A stretch of DNA of 59,214 nucleotides, the filler included, from Jimgerdemannia flammicorona (lineage: Eukaryota): NCBI GenBank assembly GCA_003990765.1. It is 3 parts of 3 records of this genome, joined end to end, with 100 filler letters (N's around TTAATTAATTAA, not from the genome) between each part and the next. Parts side by side here need not be neighbours in the genome. Positions count along the whole stretch, not along the records: positions 1 to 19,675 come from RBNJ01001876.1; 2 more parts are not named here. One strand, written 5' to 3'. The position numbers and the translations under genes are program-made. Under the pieces are notes generated by a model that saw nothing but the letters and a program-made list of their open reading frames with translations, had not been told where the DNA came from and did no database searches. Numbering within the stretch: the stretch's first letter is position 1; each line of letters starts with the position of its first letter. Positions 1-11,798 of the stretch are shown in pieces.

Positions 1-783
1 CTCAGTTGAGATAAGTAAAGGACTTACATATGAGGTGAGAGGAGACCCCCAATACCCCACTACTCAAGCTTGCAGGCCTCGATCACATTGCTATATCAGC
101 TCCCAGTTCCAGTTGAGTATAGCCAAGATGTCTGAAATGGGTAGCCTTGAGCCTCCCAATCCATCCTGATGACCAGGGTCCAATCTGCCAAATCACCAAA
201 AGAAGCCGAGAGTGATATCTATCACCTAACCATGCCACACCAATCAAAAGGCCCCACTGAAGCAGTACCCACTCTAGCCCTGATGACTGCCCTCAGCCTA
301 GCACTCTACTGGTTTACCATTATCACTCTTTCTCCTATCTGTGATGGCCATCTCTCCTCCTATTCTAACAATCCCAAAAAGTAGTTATCTATACCAGAAC
401 CATACTCACCAGAAAGCTTACCAAAGTCAGAGGGCCCCACCACAGATACTGAGAACCTACAAGTAACCTATACTGAGCACTTGATGCCTAAGATTGGCTG
501 ACTCCCTATATAGTCCAAGATATACTGAGACAGTACCTTATTGGTAATAACAAAAGGAAGAAGGCACCACACCAAAATGGATACACTCCAGATACAGCCG
601 AAGGTACCAGAAACTACGAAAAAGTAGAGAAGACACTGATCTGACACTGATAAAGGGGCAACTCATCACCATTGCCTCTCTCCCACTGCTCTGCAACAGG
701 TACAGCAAACTAACCTGAGATAGAGGGGGTAATAATTATGGTAAGTGGACTTGGAAGGTTGTCTACCAAACTATTGTGACTGG
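1..783 (-). mobile_element. Older copy (5' part) of the non-coding poly(A) retroposon also seen at 19114-19675
   Basis: 11-126 is the reverse complement of ~19165-19310 (GTAAAGGACTTACAT...GGCCTCGATCA...CAGCTCCC.GTTCCAGTTG). The minus-strand start ACCAGTCACAAT...AGACAACCTT resembles the LINE 5' end at 49281. Right boundary approximate. Confidence 0.5.
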
Positions 784-1023
784 TAAGGTAGTAGAGAAAG
801 GATGGTAGTTTTGCAGTATTGTTAATATGGAAAAAGGTTATGTAATATTAATTGATTATAAAATTTGATAATAGAAAAAGTCAGATATTATATATAGAAT
901 CTAAAATAATTGATTTTTATTTTATTAAAGAATACTATATATTTCTAGTTACCTAATATTAGTCTGTTTCATTTATTCTTCTATTATTCTTATATATATT
1001 TAATACAATAATAATTTATATAA

Positions 1024-1497
1024 TGTAATAGTTGATCTAAATTTGAAATATAAATCAGAGAAATAGATGTTTAATTATAATACCTAAATCTGATTTCCAA
1101 ATATAGTATATCCTTACAAATAGTAGTTATTTCATAAATGTTAAAGTTTTAGCAAATATTAAACTCTTTGCAAATGTTAAGATTTTAGTAATTATTAAAG
1201 ATTTAGTAGATATCAAATACTTGTAAAGAATGACTCACAGAAAATATAGTCATAACTTAGTTATCTTATAGCTAGCAAACTTGTATAAATATCTCCAGTA
1301 TCTAGAGTGAATAAACCTCAGATCAAAATAGTTTAAAATAAAGAGAAAGCAAAGGAACTAGTAAGCCTGTAGGCAGATATACTTCAAACTCACCCATCTT
1401 TATATCTCAAGGACTCTGCAGAGTCAAAGAAGATCAAGTTTTTAAGATATACTAGAAATCCAACATACTTATACAGTTATATGTCTACTACATTACA
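1024..1497 (+). repeat. 5' LTR of family A
   Basis: TGTAAT...ATTACA termini; TATAAAT at ~1284 and AATAAA at ~1310; colinear with 7282-7741. Confidence 0.9.
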
Positions 1498-1611
1498 ACT
1501 TAGTATCTATTAGCTGATGATTCAAGATAAATCTTTCACTTTTAAGCTAAATAATAAACAATTACTATCACTTGAACAACTATACAAATTGAATTAAGAT
1601 ATTTAGACAAA

Positions 1612-4600
1612 ATAGATATAAAACTACTAGTATTTCATAAATATATCTCAGATAAATCAATCATTACCTTTATTAATGATTTCAAGCAGTATACTACTAT
1701 AAGGACTCTAACAGTAGTACAGAAAGTAGCTCTCATACTCTTCAGCCTATAAGGTTCTACAAGAGCAGCATTCACAGCCACAATCTATACAGGAAATAAT
1801 ACTAATACTATACTGTTAGTATAGAAGATCTGACTCTAAGCCACCTACTATATAGACAAGATTAAGCAAGTCCTAAAGAATCAGCTCAATACAATATACT
1901 AAGGAATGAGCAAGAATCTAAATATATTTTATATCAGAATCTAATATTAGATAATTCTTGCTGATTATACTGATGCTATCTGAGATCAAGTAGCTGAAGC
2001 AACCTTTATAAAAGAAGTTCACTCTGAGATAGCTATGGTCATCTGCTCATTACAAGTAGTTCTGAACTTAGTACAAAAGGTTACCTATATCTAGTAATAT
2101 TGGATAGCTAGATACTCATAAAACTACATAATGGAAAGAGTTACTGGAGTCAGAATTGAAGTATCCAAGACAACTAGCATGATCTCTATCATAGTAATTA
2201 ATTGAAATATATATATCTCAGCTAAGAGCTACTGAGCAGCAGAGGAACAGCAATCCTATAGAGGAACTTGTTAAGAAGTTTGCTGAAATAACTGTCCATC
2301 TAGGAGATGTGGTAAAAGAAATTAGAGGAAGGAATCACTGCCCAGTTCAGAAGTTTGCCACTACCTCAAATAAAAAGAGAGATACTTACTATTCTTGTAG
2401 AGAAGAAAACTACTCCTTATATAAATATATAAGTGAAATCAAGTATAAGGCCCAGCCAAGCAATATTACTCAAAATAAGAAATAGGCCAATACTATTACC
2501 TTTGAAGAAATTGGAAAATCAGATGAAGAAGAATGGGAAGCCTACTCTATTAAGACGGTCAAAAAGAATATCTGTAAGCAACTCTACAAGAGACTACCAG
2601 AGAGACTCAAGAAGAACTCTATAGAAAAACAGATGGAGAGTGCTATGGAAAGCCAAGCTGAAGAAATAGATCAAGATATGGAGTTAGAACAGACTGTCCA
2701 AGATATCATCTGAGGAACTACTTTAGCCAGTAAAGGAGAAAAGAAGAAGAAGCTTTGTAAGACCAAGACTTTCAAGTATGATATCTTCAAAGATCTCAGT
2801 CAACAAAAGGTCAATACAATCTTTGACTAGCTGGCAGAAATACCCACATTCAGACAGCAAATGAGATATGAACTTGCTGAAATAACTAAGAAATAAGAAT
2901 GGAAAATAACTGAGGCCAATAATGTTCAAGAAGACTCTGGAGAAGAGAGTGAAGATAATTACAAGACATCTGTCTATGTAACCTATCAAATTGAAGATAA
3001 AATCTTTGAGGCCATCATTAACACTAAAGCAGAAGGATGCTTCCTTAGCAAGAAGGCAGCAGACTGCCTAGGTTGGGAGGTTGAAGAAGTAATCAAATTA
3101 ATATTCATCATAGTAGATAACATAAGAACCACACCTCTAGGAAAGATCTAAGATATTTCCATCAAGTTTGGAGAAGTAACTATCTCAGTAAATGTGATCA
3201 TAACTAATGCTACTAACTATAATATACTCATTGGCAACTAATGGCTTCATAAAGCTAAGGCAATAATTGACTCAAATGTCTAGAAGATTTGAATTATCTA
3301 CCAAGGTTAGAAGATGTAAATTTCCATCAATATTAATAAAGAAGTATTATCTGAGATGAAAAAAGAAAATAGTGAGCAAGAAGAAGTCTATATAGTGACT
3401 ATATAGAAAAGGAAGAAAAAAGTCAGATGGATCAGTAAGAAAAAATAGTGCAAAAAGATCATTGAGAGATATATACTACAAAGAGTCTGCCCTCATAGAA
3501 TCAAGATGTACTATATGAAATATGTTGACAATTACTACTAATATATTAGCAGAATCAAGAAAATCTACTATAAAAGTAGACAGAAGACCCTTGAGAAATA
3601 AGCAAGGCAAGAAAAGAAGGAGAAAGAGAATAATAAACAATCAGCCCTTCTAAAGAACAGTGACAATAAAGAAGAAATCAAGGTTAAGATTTGGAAAATT
3701 CACTCTGATGTAGTTCTATTAGAATATAAGTTGAAGAATATAGCTGAAATAAATATCACCACAGTAGAGAAGACTATACTCAAGCCCCAGATAACCACTC
3801 TACTTATAACTAGTCTAGAGATAACTATTCCAAAAGACCATATCAGGATCCTCAAAACAAGAAGCAGTCTGACTAAGAGTGAGATTACTATTGAAGAAGA
3901 AGTCATTGATTTAGATTATATTAAAGAAATACTACTTATTACTAGAAACTACAACCCCATAATTCTATTCCCAATTAAGAAGAAGGACCAATTAGTGCAG
4001 ATGTTGATCTTCCTAATTCTTCAGCCAAAGATTATAGAAGTCAAGAAGTTGGAGGAAACAGAAAGAGAAAAGAAAGAATTTAGATTCACAGAAAGAGGAG
4101 TATTTATTAGCACCAAGATTACTGAACTGGATCACAAAAAGGAGAAACTCATAAATAAGCACAGCTATATTATTGAAAATAAATTTTCACTCAAGAAGAA
4201 ACTCAAGAAGATACTCTATGAATTTGAGGATATACTGGCCACAGACTTCAAGAATATCAAGAGAAAGACTCCATACTACTACTATGATATAGCTACTAGA
4301 AACACTAAATCCATTTATCAAAAAGTAAGACCAATTCTACCAGTCTATTATGAATAGCTTAGAGAAGAAATCAAGCAGATAGAAGAAGCTAGTATCATCA
4401 AAGAAGCCAGCAGCCCTTGGGTTTCACCAGTTATATTAACTTCAAAGAAAGAAAGCAAATCAGAAGAATTCACTCTAAGGCTCTGCACTGATTACAGGAA
4501 ACTTAACCTGACTATAAAGAAGGATTGCTAACTACTGCCCCTCATTAGTGACATTGTTATAACTCTAGGAGATGAAGCACAGTATTATAGTACCTTGTAT

Positions 4601-6786
4601 TTATACTCAGGATTCTATTAGATTGGTCTTACCAAAGTAGTGAGTGAAAAATCAGCCTTCATCACTCTAGATAGAACCTATGTCTATCTGTAAATACTAT
4701 TTAGAATATATAATGCACTAATAAGCTTTCAGTAAATGATGAATAAAATTTTCCACTATAATATGAGAAGATGGATAATGGTTTATATAAATAATATTAT
4801 TATCTATAATAAGATAGCTAAAGAATATCTACAGCACATCTAGCAGATAATGGAGAAGCTAAGATAGTATAGTCTTTACATTAAGTCCAAGAAGTGCAAG
4901 TTGCAAAAATTGAGATCTCCTACCTTGGTCACATTATTAACTAAGATGGAATACACATAGACCCCCTCAAGATTCAAGCAGTAGTAGCATACCTAAGGCC
5001 CACCACTGCTACTGAAGCCCAAGCCTTTATGGAACTTGCCTCATACTACTGCAGATTTATTAAAGGATTCTCCAACATCATAAGTCCAATTTATAAACTC
5101 AATAAGAAGGATGTTAAGTCTCAATAGACTGAAAGGCAACAAAAAGTATTCAATAAACTTAAGATCAGACTGACCCAAGCACCCATCCTCAGAAGACCTG
5201 ATTGGATCCAAGAATTCATCTTGTAGACAAATGCAAGTACATAAGAACTAGGAGCAGTTCTGATATAGAAGATAGATAAAGTAGAGTATATCATTATATA
5301 TCTAAGCCAAGGAATCTGAAGAGCTGAAAAAGAGTATAAATTCTATAAGTTGGAATATCTTGCAGTTATCTGGACTATAGAGAAGTTCCACTAGAGAGAT
5401 ACTTCACTATTTAGATAGACTACTTAGCCCTTATCTGGCTGCTGACAACTGGACAACCCAAAGAAATCTATGCCAGATAGATTATAAAGTTATAAGCTTA
5501 TAATATAACTATTATATACTGCTCTGGAAGAACTAATGTCAATACAGATACCCTCTCACAGATACTCCAAAGAACTTCCAACTAGAAAATTAACCATAAA
5601 TAAGGAACTTTACTATAGAATTATCACCTACCTGGGACAGCAAAAGATGTCCCAATATCTAGAAGAATAAATACAAATAATTATCAACAGAATATAGAAA
5701 CAATTTAAGACTAATAGAGAAACACTAAAGAAAAGAAAGCTACTAGTTATACCCAAATATAAGAAGAAGTAAATAATGAAATCAGTATACAAACTTAGCT
5801 ATCTAGGAGGAATAAATACATATGATAAAGTAAAATGAATAATGTAGTGACCAGAAATGAAGGAAAATATCTGATGATTTGTTAAGACCTATGACAAATA
5901 TCAGAAACAGAAACAAAATTAACAAAATCAGACTCTAGAATTAGCATACATAGAACCAGTACTCTTTGCATACATTACAATAGACATAATTGACTCTCTA
6001 CTCTTGAATTTAACTGAAAACTAATATATCATTATCATTGTAGACCTTTTTATGAAATGGATAGAGACAGGATCTCTCAAAGAAGCTAATGTACAGTCAA
6101 TTGCTGATTTCTTTTATAAAGAAATTATCTGCTGATTTAAGACCCTAGCATAAGTAACTATAGACAGAGAAATAGAATTGATAAATCAGTTCTTTGAGAT
6201 TCTCTATAAGAAGTACAAGATCCAGTATATTCAGACTACAGCCTATTATCCTTAGGAAAATAGATAAGTAGAAAGAATCAACAAGACCCTCAAGAGCATT
6301 GTCATCAAGATCTATAATAACTACAAAAACTGGGATCACTATCTGCTAATAGCATTATCTGCTCTTTGGGATATCTAATCACAAAGCACCCATTTTATCT
6401 CTTGAGAAATACTGTTTGAAGAAGAAAGTTCTCAAGAAATCTTATCATCTAATAGAGATACTGTATGGAAATGTATGAATACAGAAATATAGAGACTATA
6501 TCAAATCAGAAAGAAGGCTGAGAATTATATAACTAAGGCATAGGTACTATAATAGAATAATATAGAAAAAACTCACAAATCTCTGGAGATTATTAAGATA
6601 GGAGACAAAGTCCTAGTATATCAGAATATAGTAGAAGCTTTATGATCATAAAAACTAGAACCTAAGTGGAAAGAATCTTACCTTGTACAAGATATAAAAG
6701 GAACTACCTTTTGGTTACAAAAACTCTTAAGTATAATTATCTCTACTACTATTCACTGAAATAGACTCAAGAAGTATCATAGCTAA
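1612..6786 (+). pseudogene. Family A gag-pol, many stops
   Basis: (M)DIKLLVFHKYISDKSIITFINDFKQY aligns with family C gag MEIYSPTFYGYTTEELILTFIEDFEQF. PR IFEAIINTKAEGC at ~3002; RT SPWVSP...RLCTDYRKLN at ~4410-4510; RNase H and integrase remnants; ends NRLKKYHS*. Confidence 0.88.
3677..4098 (+). pseudogene. dut: dUTPase domain of family A, between PR and RT
   Basis: ILKTRSSLTKSEITIEEEVIDLDYIKEI...KKDQLVQML...EFRFTER is a G>A-decayed version of family C IIKTRSSLAKSEISVEGGVIDPDYTGEI...DRIGQML...GFGSTGR. Confidence 0.85.
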
Positions 6787-7240
6787 CTAACAGAGTACTA
6801 TCACAGCTCTCAAGATTACTAGTACTATATAATAAGTTATAGAAAGATAATGATATACTACCAAGCCATCCACAATAGAGAAATCCTTCAACAGTATCCA
6901 AAGTATAGTCCAGATACACTTGTTATAAATCTTATACTTCAAGGCCTACCCAAACTGGACTGAGTTTCAAGAATACTTCAAGTTAGAATAGCTACTGAAT
7001 TTGCAGCTAGAGATGGAAAAAGAAAACTAGATCAGAGAATGTTAGCTCTCTTACACTTAGATCACTATTGTCAAAAGAGTGTACAAGTTATTCAAAGAAG
7101 ATGAACAAGCCCTAGCTCATTTCTGAGGAGTAGCTTCAGAAGACTTTGGATATATCAAGAGATATCATTGAGAGAATATAATGATACAAATTACACAGTA
7201 TAAGAAGATACAAATTATGGAAGCTTAGAAGTTCAAATGA
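6779..7240 (+). pseudogene. Family A ORF3 between integrase and PPT; homologue of the LTR-encoded proteins of C and D
   Basis: One frame from ATA (probable former ATG) at 6779: ...WTEFQEYFKLE*LL...ITIVKRVYKLFKEDEQALAHF*GVASEDFGYIKRYH*ENIM. The stops are revertible by single transitions. End approximate. Confidence 0.65.
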
Positions 7241-7281
7241 ATAGAATGCTTTAGAGATGAATTATCTATTCAGGAGAAAGT

Positions 7282-7741
7282 TGTGATAATTGATCTAAAT
7301 TAGAAATATGAATCAAAAGAATAGATATTTGATTACAGTATCTGAATTTAATTCTCAAATATAGTACAGTCTTATAAATAGCAAATATTAAAGTTTTAGC
7401 AAATGTTAAACTCTTTGCAAATATTAAGATTTTGGTAATTATTAAAGATTTAGTAGATGTAAAACACTTATAAAGAATAACTCATAGAAAACATAGTCAT
7501 AACTTAGCTGTCTTATAGCTAGCAAACTTATATAAATATCTCCAGTATCTAGAGTAAATAAACTTCAGATTGAAATAGTTTAAAGCAAAGAGAAAGCAAA
7601 GAAACTAGTAAGTCTGTAGGCAGATATACTTCAAACTCACCCACCTCTGTATTCTGAGAACTCTGTAGAGTCAAAGAAGATCAAGTTTTCAAGATACAGA
7701 AATCTGATATACTTATATAATTATATATCTACTATGTTACA
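7282..7741 (+). repeat. 3' LTR of family A
   Basis: TGTGAT...GTTACA, follows the PPT, colinear with 1024-1497. Confidence 0.9.
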
Positions 7742-8012
7742 ATAATCTCAAACTATAACTAATCTATTTAATAAATAAATGATAATTTATTATGATTATA
7801 AAGTATACTTAAATAATCTTCTTTAGACAAAATATCATTACTTTCATATTTGAATTCGGTATATTAATAATATATTATATATATTTATATATATTTAAAA
7901 AGAGTTTTTTTTATTATTTTTTTAAAAGATAAAATAAATAAAATTTTAAAAAATAAATTATATGAGATTATAGAGAAATATTAAAAAAATAACCATAATA
8001 TATTTTAAATAT

Positions 8013-8766
8013 TATTACAGTAGGCACTTAGTTCTTCAAGTATATCAGATTCTCTTCAAGATATATATCTTAGACTAACTATAAGTTTCTTATAAGCAAG
8101 TTTTATTAAAGTACCTTTCTAAGGTCTTATAGTCCTCAAACTTCTTATCTTTAAACTATTCTGTTGTCTATTGGATTTGCTTATATGGAATTGAGTAGAG
8201 GACTAGAACTTCTGTACTCTTGAATAGTTGAGTAATTGAATACTTAAGTGTTTTAATACTGACTTTATTTCAAGAAAATGAGAGGAATATTTATACAAAA
8301 TATAATTTAATAGTTGCTAAGATGTAAAGCTAAATATAAAATCCAATAACTAAATAAGATATTTGAATACAGGAAACTTCAGGTTATAAGTACAAATTTA
8401 AGTATCTGTATAATTAGTTGCACAAGATCAGAATGCTGGAATAATTTCTAACAGTTGTACAAAGTCAGAATACCAGAACATTCAAGTGTTTAAATAAATA
8501 GTTATACAAACAAATTAGAGTAGAATGTTCAAAATTCTGGAGGCTTTGTCTTCATCATTATCATCAAGGTTAGAGATCAAGAATAGGATATCTTTGAAGA
8601 AAATAAGGTTAGCAATCTGTTTTGTTTATTTTATGTATATTGATTAGCAGGATAATATCATCACTTATGATATATATCATCTTATTTAATAGTGATAGGA
8701 AGGAGATCAGGGGCTCTCTAATCTATTCTACAAAATAGAAAACAAAGGTAGGATCTTGAGAGAGTC
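8013..8766 (-). repeat. Older family-C-type LTR (3' or solo), truncated by insertion of D1
   Basis: Colinear with 42508-43230. Retains the C-terminus of the LTR ORF (...DDNDEDKASRILNILL*, stop 8515-8517). No PBS adjacent; flank ATAT. Confidence 0.85.
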
Positions 8767-10523
8767 TGTAAGCACACAACCTCTAAGCCACCGAAATTAC
8801 ATGTCACCCTCTGAACAAGCCACTGAAATTACATGTGACCTCTGAACAAATCTGAAAATCACCTGCTTGATCATGAAGCTGAGTCAAACCGAAGTCACAG
8901 TGCACAAAGCTAAGTCAATACGAAGTCACGGAAGACAAGATTTACACAAATGGAATCTTACCAATCAGGACCAAATGCATATATACTGAGCACCGAGATG
9001 CATCAAATCAGAGAACCAAAGCAAACAACAACCACAACTTCCAAATACACAAATATGACCACTGAGATCTACAACTGTATCCGCACTGACATTTGGAATG
9101 CCATTGTCAACTGAGCCACACTCCCTCTGCCCCTCATGAATATCCATAGCCTGGCACCCCTCTACTTCGTGGAAGCCTGATAGAATGTCCTGAACATGCT
9201 TAGCAAGGCCCACCGAATCGGACAAATCTCAAGCTACTACCAGATTGGCCACCTCCTGGAAGACATGGTCAAACACCACCATGATACAGACATTACCCAG
9301 ATGTCTCAACACCAAAAGCTCATCGCCCGCAAATATCGAGAACTCTTCTATAAGTATAACACCTTTATTCTCTGCCTCTGAGTCACTACCAGCGAAATAG
9401 TTGCTACCCTGTCCTATGGCCAAATTGATGACATGATACAAGAACTCAACTACAAGTACCTCAAATATGTGCAGACCACAGACAGAACCTTCCTGCACCC
9501 TGATGACCATATCCTGCAAATGCCTCAAGTCGGATATGCCATGAAGGATGTCTATAATATAATCCACTTCGACGAAGATGAAGCAGAAGATAATGATCCC
9601 TCTGATGCCAATATAACCTCTAGCCAAGGATCTCTGCCAACCCTGATCACACCACCAAACTTGCTGATGAACTTGCAACAGTTCATAACCACATACGAGA
9701 CTTATTGGGACAATGACCACTGGCATGAATATCAATCTGCATTCACCCCCAATTACTTCAACTACAATGAAGAGACCAGAGAACACAACCTGTACCTCCA
9801 GACAACCCTCAAGATCAAACCAACAACCCCACCACCTGAGTATGAGTGACATGAACCACAGCCGCCAGCTTACTACAACCCCGCGACTTATAGTACTGTA
9901 ACTTATAGAAGATACATAGACAGTGAATCTGATGAAAGTGAAGATGATGCACTCCTCCTTCGCCCACCAACACCTTATCCAGCATATGAGACAGACGATA
10001 CTATCCTGTGGGATGGAGACGAAGTTCCAATGTACTATTACCTCAGCGAACAAGGAGAAGTAATCCGCGAACCATTATTCCTAGACAACTACTTCATCAG
10101 AGATGATGCAATCGATGGTGATGTTATCGAAGACTACCCAGACAGTACCTAAACCCATAAATAGCCTAGCAGTCATAGTATAGTTAGATTAGCATTGTAC
10201 AATGTGACTGTGAACTGACTCAGCAGTCAGACGATCTCTTGACATGTCAGATCACACTTATACTATGTGACTGCATTCTGACTCAGCAAGGCACTTAGTG
10301 CTACATCTATATCTAGCATAGTTTAGATAGCCCCTCACTAGTATAAATACCCCCTCCCCCAGACCTCAGAATCTCAGACTTGAACAGACTTGAACACACA
10401 AGAACATTCCTGAATACTTCCCTACAATACCCCTTCATACAAATATTCCTAATATAGCAATATCATGAATAGCAAATAAACCTATTCCATAACCCACAAA
10501 CTACTCCTAAGTAAATCTGCTCC
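8767..10523 (+). repeat. 5' LTR of D1 (extent shared with the 3' copy; true end uncertain, candidates 10437 or 10838)
   Basis: Colinear with 17357-19113 and 50154-51911; TATAAAT at ~10342 and AATAAA at ~10475. Confidence 0.85.
9055..10152 (+). pseudogene. LTR-encoded accessory protein (~365 aa), D1 5' LTR
   Basis: Single frame MTTEIYNCIRTDIWNAIVN...YYQIGHLL...LIARKYRELF...IRDDAIDGDVIEDYPDST*. Five internal stops, all revertible to CGA/TGG and mostly sense codons in sister copies. Confidence 0.8.
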
Positions 10524-11798
10524 CTGTTAGGTCCCACTCCTAACCCCATCACGAAATTTCCTAATTGGGTATTGTCTGCAGCGATACACCAATTCAACTA
10601 AGCTGGCCTTAGTTTCTTGAACTTCCTGAAATATGGAAAATCCTGAACATCCAGAACTAGTCCAAAAAAGGACTTTGGTTAAGATGTCAACCCAATCTTG
10701 AAATCAATAAGCGTAGAGGATGTACTCCATATGAAATTGATCTTGACCATAAGAAAATGGTCTTCCAGAACATCCAGAATATTCAGAAAACCTTTCCAGA
10801 ACTACGTAATGGTTACCCTAAAAAGTAATCCTCTTACAACTTGATAGCAGTAGTTTACAATCCAATTCTGCTTCAAGACGCTTCCTCACCCTGCTACAAA
10901 CCCCTCTGCGAATTCTACAAGTTGGTATAAAGCCCAACCTCTGAACTGGAATTTATCCGAACCATCTGTCAATCTGGAGAGAATTGAACCTGACATACAA
11001 GGACAATTTGACCTCCACACCTGCAACAAGTGGGATAAACTTCATTCAAAGAAAGAAGTACTCAAGTTAAACTAGCAAATAGGTGAAACCCTATTCACCG
11101 AACTCCTTGCACTACACCCAGCAAGTCAAGATGAAGAAGGTCTTATTGAAGCCTTCTTTACTCTTCTCAACAAGAGTTTTGTCAGCTCCACAAATCTGAG
11201 CGACCTAGGACAACCAGCAGCAGTCTTTCTAGTCTTAGTTTCTCACAAAGCCCAAGCCTCTGTAGCCAGGTGGCTCAACTCTACTGACTTTCACCACACC
11301 AGGACCAAGACCACCTTATACTACCGATTCCAGAACAGCAAGGCCCACCATATCCTTAAGAAAGAAGCAAGAGAAACTCTTCATCAACTACCTGACCCTG
11401 AACCTGAAGCAGGCCCTACTACAGCCCTACCTGAATCTGAAACCAATACCGAACCTGAACTTGACTTTGAATTAAGTCCATCTGAAATCAGATATACAAC
11501 TGATTCCATCTACTTTGACACTGAGCAAACCCAATTACATAGGGACCAAACTGAAGAAGAGGAGGAGTATCTCACTGAATTCGATCTCAGATACACCACT
11601 GAAGGAGACACATGCCCATCAGGACAGAATACACCTATATAGCAACAAACAGCTATCTATCAAGCCCTCACTCCAGATCCACAACTACTACTCTAGCAAC
11701 TTACACAGACCCAAAGAACTCCATCACACTCTGCACCAGTATCTCAAGTAGTACCAGTAACACCACTATCAGTAGTCCAACCATCTCCAGTAATCAAC

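Larger units (their letters stand above)
1024..7741 (+). mobile_element. Full-length, heavily decayed Ty3/Gypsy LTR retrotransposon, family A (gag-PR-dUTPase-RT-RH-IN plus ORF3, no chromodomain)
   Basis: Direct TG...CA LTRs at 1024-1497 and 7282-7741; 4-bp TSD ATAA (1020-1023 / 7742-7745); purine tract AGGAGAAAG before the 3' LTR; decayed PBS (ACTTAGTATCTATT vs ACTTGGTGCCCATT in family C); pol motifs in order. Confidence 0.92.

Noticed and set aside
6779..7240. ORF3 as an env gene
   Set aside because: The position fits, but it is short and lacks a visible signal peptide, furin site or TM anchor.
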